The notes below the pieces were generated by a model, which was given only the letters and a program-made list of their open reading frames with translations, did not search any database and was not told the origin of the DNA. 64,000 bases of DNA, from NCBI GenBank assembly GCA_048885925.1, contig JBHLLG010000013.1:1-64000 (forward strand), in the 5' to 3' direction. The stretch is from Candidatus Hermodarchaeota archaeon (lineage in GTDB: Archaea > Asgardarchaeota > Lokiarchaeia > Sigyniarchaeales > SOKP01). This document shows positions 57,600 through 64,000 of the stretch, piece after piece (the first letter of the stretch is position 1; the number at the start of each line of letters is the position of its first letter). The translations under genes and the position numbers were made by a program.

Positions 57600-60500
57600 T
57601 TAACCTATACGACCTGTTATCATTTCATATATTTGCTCACTTGTAAAACCTAAAATATCGATGGCACCACATCGACAATTCCCACTGCAAGCTCCACATC
57701 CCTTGCATAAAGCTTGATTAATGGATGCTACTAGTCCAAATCGTCTATCTTCAATTAGTTCTATAGCATTATATGCACAATTCTCTACACACATACCACA
57801 CCCTATACAACGAGTCATATCAATTACTGCTGTTTTTCCTTCTACTTCAATTTCATCTTTGGAAAGAATTGTACATGCTCTCGAAACAGCAGCATTAGCT
57901 TGTGAAATTGAATCTTCAATAGTTTTTGGACAATGAGCTAATCCCGCAACAAATACTCCTTCTGTTGCGAAATCTACTGGACGAAGCTTAACATGGGCTT
58001 CTAAATAAAAATTATCATCATTTAAAGGTACTTTTAACATTTTAGCAAGCTCTTCATTTTCCTCTTTTGATGCTACAATTCCAGCACTTAATACTAATAA
58101 ATCTGCGGGAATTGATAAATCTCCTTCTTTTGGATTTTTAACATTTATATTTAAGAAAGAGTCCTCCGAGATAATTTCTGGAGGATATTGTTCATCATAT
58201 CGAAGAAAAATGACTCCCTCTTCTCTCGCTTTTCTATAATACTTTTCTTTAAATCCATAAGTTCTAATATCTCGAAATAGAACTGTTACTTCTGTGGATG
58301 GATTTAAATTTTTAATTAACAATGCGTTTTTAATAGCTTCAGCACAACACATTTTACTACAATAAGGATGTTCATCGTTTCTTGACCCAACGCATTGAAT
58401 CATAACTATTGACTTTTTATTTTTAAATATACTATCTGTGTTTAGCATCTCTTCTAATTCAGATTGTAAAACTACATTTTTATTTTGCCCATAGAGAAAT
58501 TCTTTTGGTTTATATTCATTAGCTCCTGTGGCTACGATAACAACACCATGATCAAATTCAGCTTTTTCTTTATTCGGGCCATGAATAACGGTAGTTTTAA
58601 AATTTCCAATATACCCCGCTAAATTTTCTATTTCAGCATTAGTATAGACATGAACAAATTTATTAGAATTAACTTGTTCTATTAAGTTCTTTAAATAAGC
58701 TTGAACATCTCCTCCTTCAAGGGTGTGATAGATGTGTCTAGCAAAACCTCCTAACTCGGGTTCTTTTTCAACTAAGTGAGTTTCAATTTCCTGACTAGCA
58801 AAATTAAGCGCAGCAACCATACCACTTATTCCCCCACCAATTACCATAGCCTTTTGGGTGACTCCTAATTTTATTCTGTCAATAGGAGCTATTCGTCTTG
58901 CCTTATTTACCGCCATTCTTACAAGATCTTTTGCTTTCTGTGTAGCTTCTTCAGGTTGATTCATATGAACCCATGAGCATTGATCTCGGATATTTGCCAT
59001 TTGAAACAAATACCTATTCAATCCTGCTTCTCTAATTGTTTCTTGAAATAATGGTTCGTGTGTTCTCGGAGTGCAAGAAGCAACAATAACACGATTAAGA
59101 TGATACTCTTCTATTTTTTCTTTAATTATCCCTTGGGTATCAGCGGAACAAGTATATAAATTACGATCTGCCATAACAACATTTGGAAGAGTGCTTGCAT
59201 ACTTTGTTACTTCAGGAACATCTACATACCCTCCAATATTGATCCCGCAATGGCAAATAAATACACCTATACGCGGTGGTTGTCCTGCTACAAAAATCTC
59301 AGGAGGTAATGTCTTTTCCGTAATTAATGTTCCTCTTTTTTCATATAAAAGCTGATTTACACATCCCGCCGCTGCACTTGCTTGTGTAACAGTCTCAGGG
59401 ATATCTTTAGGTTGAGAAAATGCACCACATGCAAAAATTCCTGGTTTAGAAGTCTGTACTGTATTAAATTTATCTGTTTTTGCAAAACCAAATTCGTTAA
59501 GTTCAATTCCAAATTTCTCTGCAAGATATTTTGCATCATTTGGAGGATTTAATCCGACACCTAAAACTACCATATTGTAATCTTCTTCGACAACTTTTCC
59601 ATCTTCAGTTTCATATCTGAGTCTTAAATCTTTTGTCTCAGAAACTTCTGTTACTGAAGAAATTCGGCTTCTAATATAGCGAATACCGTATTCTTCTTGA
59701 GCTCGAATAATATATTTATCAAAATCTTTACCATAAGCTCTAATGTCCATACTGAAAATAGTGGGTTTTACTTCATGTTGATGCTCATGAGCAATTACAG
59801 CTTCTTTAGCAGTATACATACAACAAACCGATGAACAATATGGTCGTCCCTCTCCAGTATAATCACGAGATCCAATACATTGAAGGAATGCTACCTTTTC
59901 TGGAATGTCTCCATTTGATGGTCTTAAAACTCGTCCAGCATAAGGTCCACTTGCACTTAATATACGTTCAAATTCAATGCTAGTTACAACATTTTTAAAT
60001 TTACCATAACCATATTTGTTAGCTTCTTGAGGCACAAATTCATCAAAACCGGGAGCAAGAACAATTGCTCCAACATTAATATTTACTTTTTCATCACTTC
60101 TATCATATTCTACTGCTTTTGCTTTACAAACACCAGCACATACTCCACAGCCTATACAATAATCTTTATTAATTGCATACACGAGTGGGACTGCTTGAGG
60201 ATACTTCACAGAAGTAGCATGATATTTAGCTAATCCCTCATTGAATATATCAATAGCTTCAACTGGGCAATTTCGACCACAAACTCCACAACCTGTACAT
60301 TTTTTAGGATTAATATATAAAGAGTTTTTTTTCACTTTAACAATGAAGTTTCCTGCCTCTCCGGAAACATTTAAGATTTCACAATTAATGCTTAAATCAA
60401 CATTTTGGTGTCTACCTGTTTCTACTAATTTTGGGCTAACTATACACATAGCGCAATCATTTGTGGGAAAAGTTTTATCTAATTGAGCCATAACTCCTCC

Positions 60501-60623
60501 AATACTCGTACTAGATTCAATTAAATAAACTTTATAACCTGAATCACCTAAATCTAATGCTGTCTGAGAGCCTCCTATTCCCGCTCCAACAACCATTACA
60601 GCTCCAACTTTTTCCATTTTCAT
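57600..60623 (-). CDS. hdrA: Heterodisulfide reductase subunit A-like flavoprotein (large, two FAD modules)
   Basis: GAGIGG, LDKTFPTNDCAMC, QCIGSR, CSSVCC, CHCG.NI, SCTPRTH, NIRDQC, C-terminal 2x[4Fe-4S]. Confidence 0.93.
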   Translation of the reverse strand: MKMEKVGAVMVVGAGIGGSQTALDLGDSGYKVYLIESSTSIGGVMAQLDKTFPTNDCAMCIVSPKLVETGRHQNVDLSINCEILNVSGEAGNFIVKVKKNSLYINPKKCTGCGVCGRNCPVEAIDIFNEGLAKYHATSVKYPQAVPLVYAINKDYCIGCGVCAGVCKAKAVEYDRSDEKVNINVGAIVLAPGFDEFVPQEANKYGYGKFKNVVTSIEFERILSASGPYAGRVLRPSNGDIPEKVAFLQCIGSRDYTGEGRPYCSSVCCMYTAKEAVIAHEHQHEVKPTIFSMDIRAYGKDFDKYIIRAQEEYGIRYIRSRISSVTEVSETKDLRLRYETEDGKVVEEDYNMVVLGVGLNPPNDAKYLAEKFGIELNEFGFAKTDKFNTVQTSKPGIFACGAFSQPKDIPETVTQASAAAGCVNQLLYEKRGTLITEKTLPPEIFVAGQPPRIGVFICHCGINIGGYVDVPEVTKYASTLPNVVMADRNLYTCSADTQGIIKEKIEEYHLNRVIVASCTPRTHEPLFQETIREAGLNRYLFQMANIRDQCSWVHMNQPEEATQKAKDLVRMAVNKARRIAPIDRIKLGVTQKAMVIGGGISGMVAALNFASQEIETHLVEKEPELGGFARHIYHTLEGGDVQAYLKNLIEQVNSNKFVHVYTNAEIENLAGYIGNFKTTVIHGPNKEKAEFDHGVVIVATGANEYKPKEFLYGQNKNVVLQSELEEMLNTDSIFKNKKSIVMIQCVGSRNDEHPYCSKMCCAEAIKNALLIKNLNPSTEVTVLFRDIRTYGFKEKYYRKAREEGVIFLRYDEQYPPEIISEDSFLNINVKNPKEGDLSIPADLLVLSAGIVASKEENEELAKMLKVPLNDDNFYLEAHVKLRPVDFATEGVFVAGLAHCPKTIEDSISQANAAVSRACTILSKDEIEVEGKTAVIDMTRCIGCGMCVENCAYNAIELIEDRRFGLVASINQALCKGCGACSGNCRCGAIDILGFTSEQIYEMITGRIG

Positions 60624-60628
60624 TCCCT

Positions 60629-61390
60629 CTACATTTTATAAAACATTGGTGTAATTCCCATAAATTCCCCGAAGTCGACTTGACCTCGACTTTTTAAAGT
60701 TACCATATGTTCTAAAACTATACTTGGATCTATTTTTAATTCATTTGCTAAATCTTTAACTGACTTAGAATCTTTTTCCAAAGCGATTAAAATTCTATGT
60801 CTTTCATATTCTTCTATAATTGCTGAATCAAAAATCTGATTAAATTTCTCAAGAGATACTTTTTCTCCATATACATTTTCTTGTTCTGTAATCTTTCTTT
60901 CTCGCCCTACAAGTGCTCTCATTCGATCGCCTCCTGCAGCTTCTTCAATAGCTCTTAATTGATCTAGAATTTCCATATCAGGATAATCTCCTCCAACTGG
61001 AGAAGGTCCAAGACTTTTAATATGATTTGTAAATTCTGTAATAACTGAAGCATATCTAGCTCCTTCTGATGCAGATACCCAATCCAGTTTTACTCTATTA
61101 TCAAAATCAATAAGTTTTAGGAATCTTTTAACCATATCAAATTTTTTCTCGGCTTCATAATTACCTTCAAGATAATGGCAATCTCCTAAATGACATCCCA
61201 AAACTATTACTCCATCAGCTCCAACTCGGAGTGCTTCAAAAATGAATTTAGGGTCTACTCGACCACTACACATAACCCTAATTACTCTAATATTAGGAGG
61301 ATACTGCATTCTACTTACTCCCGCAAGATCAGCACCTGCATAAGAGCACCAATTACATAAAAAACCTAAAATTTTTGGTTCAAAACCCAT
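60629..61390 (-). CDS. mvhD: MvhD [2Fe-2S] subunit with C-terminal extension ending in a winged HTH
   Basis: Start ATG 61390 (MGFEPKILGFLCNWCSYAGAD); GCHLGDCHY; tail KSVKDLANELKIDPSIVLEHMVTLKSRGQV. Confidence 0.88.
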   Translation of the reverse strand: MGFEPKILGFLCNWCSYAGADLAGVSRMQYPPNIRVIRVMCSGRVDPKFIFEALRVGADGVIVLGCHLGDCHYLEGNYEAEKKFDMVKRFLKLIDFDNRVKLDWVSASEGARYASVITEFTNHIKSLGPSPVGGDYPDMEILDQLRAIEEAAGGDRMRALVGRERKITEQENVYGEKVSLEKFNQIFDSAIIEEYERHRILIALEKDSKSVKDLANELKIDPSIVLEHMVTLKSRGQVDFGEFMGITPMFYKM

Positions 61391-61394
61391 AATA

Positions 61395-63077
61395 TTAGCT
61401 CCCTCCAAATGCATATATTTCAGATAAAATTTGTTCATCTGTAAAATGCCTAATTATTATAGCTTGATTAGTACAAGTTGCTCCGCAAACTCCGCATCCT
61501 TTACAAAGAACCTGTGTAATTTCAATCTCGTCATTTTCATTCTTACTTATCGCTTTATATGGACATACAGTAACACAGACTTCACATCCACTACATAAAT
61601 TCTTATTATATTCAGGCAGGAAAGAGGTTGCCCCCTCTACTTCTATGGTATCATGGGATATAATTGTACTCGCTCTTCCTGCTGCAGCATACCCTTGAGT
61701 TATAGATTCGGTAAGATCAACAGGCCATTTTGCTGCTCCACAGATAAATACACCATCAGTTGCAAAATCCATAGGTCTTAATTTTACATGAGCTTCTAAA
61801 AAGAATTTATTTTCTTCTAATGGAACTTTTAACATTTGAGCCAGCTCTTTATTATCATCATTTGCGATTAGAGGGGTAGATAGAACTAATAAATCGTAAG
61901 GAATACTTATTTCGTCTGCTATATATTCATTGAATACTTTTATATTATTTTCTTCAACAATTGGTTCCTTTTCAAGTTTATAACTCAGAAATATAACTCC
62001 AGCTTCTCTTGCTCTTCTATAATATTCTTCATAGTGGGTTCCAGGAGTATATAAATCTCGAAATAAAATTGTTATATTAGTATTAGGAATTTTTTCTTTA
62101 AGTAATAAAGCATTTTTCAAGGCTGTCATACAACATACATTTGAACAGTACTTTCTTTCGTCATTACGAGCCCCAACACATTGAATCATTACAATGTCTT
62201 GAGCATGAACTTCATCATTTTTTAATTTCTTTTCTAATTCATATTGAGTGATTCTTTTATTACCATCATAACCAAATTTTCCATTTGGGGTAAATAAAGA
62301 GGCTCCAACAGCAACAACAATAACTCCTATAGTTAAATCAAAGCTATTACCATTTTGTTCAACTTCTACTTCATAATTTCCAACAAAGCCACCAATTTCC
62401 TTTACTCTTGCAGAAGTATATACTGTTAAATTCGGGTTATTTGCAACCCTTTTCTTCAAGCTTTCTAAAAGTTCAGAAGCATCCTGCCCTGTTGGGAATA
62501 ACTTATTTATTATATTTAGCTTTCCACCCAATTGATTCTCTTTTTCCACCAAATGAGTCTCAAATCCTTGATTAGCTAAATTTAGAGCTGCAGTCATTCC
62601 TGCGACGCCTCCGCCTATAACCATAGCAGTAGAAGTAGCATCAACTACAATATTTTCAAGGGCTTCAAGTTTAGTAGCTTTTGCTACACCCATTCGAATA
62701 ACTTCTTTTGCTTTATCGAGAGCTTCTTTAGGGTATTTCATATGAACCCATGTACATTGATCACGAATATTAACAAACTGAAAAAGATATTCATTCAAGC
62801 CTTCCTCTTTAATACAATCACGAAATAGAGGCTCATGGGTTCTTGGTGTACATGATGCTACCACTACTCGGTTTAAATTATGTTCTCTAATCCCATTTTT
62901 GATCTGAGCTAATCCTGTTTCTGAGCAAGTATATAAATTATCTTCAGTGAATACAACATTAGGTAAGGTTTTAGCATATTCCGCTACTTCTTTAACATCT
63001 ATTAAACCTCCAATGTTCGAACCGCAACTGCAAACGAACACACCAATTCTGGGGGTTTCTTCTTTCTTTTCAGACAT
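61395..63077 (-). CDS. hdrA: HdrA-like subunit (C-terminal module of a split HdrA)
   Basis: RIGVFVCSCGSNI, SCTPRTHE, GGGVAG, QCVGAR, CSNVCC, terminal ferredoxin. Confidence 0.9.
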   Translation of the reverse strand: MSEKKEETPRIGVFVCSCGSNIGGLIDVKEVAEYAKTLPNVVFTEDNLYTCSETGLAQIKNGIREHNLNRVVVASCTPRTHEPLFRDCIKEEGLNEYLFQFVNIRDQCTWVHMKYPKEALDKAKEVIRMGVAKATKLEALENIVVDATSTAMVIGGGVAGMTAALNLANQGFETHLVEKENQLGGKLNIINKLFPTGQDASELLESLKKRVANNPNLTVYTSARVKEIGGFVGNYEVEVEQNGNSFDLTIGVIVVAVGASLFTPNGKFGYDGNKRITQYELEKKLKNDEVHAQDIVMIQCVGARNDERKYCSNVCCMTALKNALLLKEKIPNTNITILFRDLYTPGTHYEEYYRRAREAGVIFLSYKLEKEPIVEENNIKVFNEYIADEISIPYDLLVLSTPLIANDDNKELAQMLKVPLEENKFFLEAHVKLRPMDFATDGVFICGAAKWPVDLTESITQGYAAAGRASTIISHDTIEVEGATSFLPEYNKNLCSGCEVCVTVCPYKAISKNENDEIEITQVLCKGCGVCGATCTNQAIIIRHFTDEQILSEIYAFGGS

Positions 63078-63084
63078 TTTAATT

Positions 63085-64000
63085 TTATCCTCCTTTAATT
63101 ACTTCCGCTGCTCTTGCTGCTGCACCACTCGCTTCAGCTACAGAGCGAGGGATATCCATTGGTTCACGAGCACAACCACAGGTGAAAATTCCTTCCATAC
63201 TCGTCTCAACTGGTAAAAATGGATTTGTTTTTATAAAATTATAATTATTTAATTCAATTCCTAATATTTCTGCTAATTTTTCAATCCCTTGTGGTGGGAT
63301 TATACAAGTTGCTAAAACAGCCAAATCTACTTTCAGTTGCTTTATTTCAGATGAATCGTAATCTTCATAAGTAATAATCGGACTTTCATCCTTATCGATA
63401 TCAATATGAGATATTTTACTTTTAATATATTTAATATTATACTCTTCTGCTCCTCTACGGAGAAACGTTTGAAATCCTTTTCCCCCAGCTCTCATATCAA
63501 TATAAAAAATGTATGATTCTAAATCGTTATTATGTTCATAAGCTATCATTGCTGCCTTTGTACAATACATGCAACAAATAGAAGAACAGTACTTGTGATC
63601 TCTATCGGATCGTGAGCCTATACATTGTAGGAAAGCAATTTTTTTAGGATCTTCGCCATCAGATAGTCTCTTTAAATGCCCTTCAAGTGGTCCTGAAGCA
63701 CAAATTAATCGTTCAAATTCTAAAGAAGTTACTACATTTCTATAACTTTTATATCCATATTTTGTAAGTGGATTGACATCTTCCATCAAGCCATAACCAG
63801 GCGCAACAATTATACAACCAACATTTCCTATTTCTAAAACTTCATCTTTTTGCGTAAAATCAATTGCTTTTGCGCCGCAATTTGTAGCACACAATCCACA
63901 AATACCATAATTTAGATACACACATGAGTTCTTGTCAACAATATGAACAGGAGGAACTGCTGAAGGGAATGGTATATATACGGCCGCCATATTTTTTAAA
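63085..64000 (-). CDS. hdrA: HdrA-like subunit (N-terminal module; 5' end beyond window)
   Basis: Frame open to the window edge; YIPFPSAVP, EFERL..ASGP, QCIGSR, CSSICC, P.DIP.SV..AS.AA. Confidence 0.88.
   Translation of the reverse strand, partial: LKNMAAVYIPFPSAVPPVHIVDKNSCVYLNYGICGLCATNCGAKAIDFTQKDEVLEIGNVGCIIVAPGYGLMEDVNPLTKYGYKSYRNVVTSLEFERLICASGPLEGHLKRLSDGEDPKKIAFLQCIGSRSDRDHKYCSSICCMYCTKAAMIAYEHNNDLESYIFYIDMRAGGKGFQTFLRRGAEEYNIKYIKSKISHIDIDKDESPIITYEDYDSSEIKQLKVDLAVLATCIIPPQGIEKLAEILGIELNNYNFIKTNPFLPVETSMEGIFTCGCAREPMDIPRSVAEASGAAARAAEVIKGG

Noticed and set aside
53045-64000. Selenocysteine (UGA) recoding in HdrA/MvhD, known for some Lokiarchaeia homologues
   Set aside because: All expected ligand positions are Cys codons in uninterrupted ORFs. 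The hdrA split at 63085/63077 uses TAA and the next gene has its own AAGGAGG and ATG.

Overview
AT-rich archaeal chromosomal segment, almost certainly from an Asgard archaeon of the Lokiarchaeia type. It carries a bona fide actin, a gelsolin-domain protein, two Rab-like small GTPases and a Roadblock protein, alongside archaeal informational genes (cdc48, fen1, nob1, srp54, hef, rpoK, dinB). It also holds a sugar-phosphate catabolic cluster, purM/purB, nadC, pyrC, tldD/tldE and an hdrA-mvhD-flx-frhB redox operon that runs off the right edge. The main finding is that the aIF5A gene (9896-10353, minus strand) is interrupted immediately after its hypusine motif (SKSGKHGHA|K) by a 29-nt frameshifting insert containing a stop codon. 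The insert folds into a relaxed bulge-helix-bulge structure closed by a perfect 9-bp exon-exon helix. Cutting at the canonical tRNA-splicing-endonuclease positions exactly restores GKHGHAKV, so it is a candidate EndA-type mRNA intron in an Asgard translation factor. Other findings: a tRNA-Val(CAC) with a non-canonical anticodon-stem intron, three genes apparently starting at ATT/ATA/ATC behind good Shine-Dalgarno (SD) motifs, a DHDPS-kinase fusion with both catalytic residues substituted, a NikR-fold regulator lacking nickel ligands and an MvhD-HTH fusion. No CRISPR array, rRNA gene or transposase was seen. All calls come from reading motifs by eye; no database searches were run.
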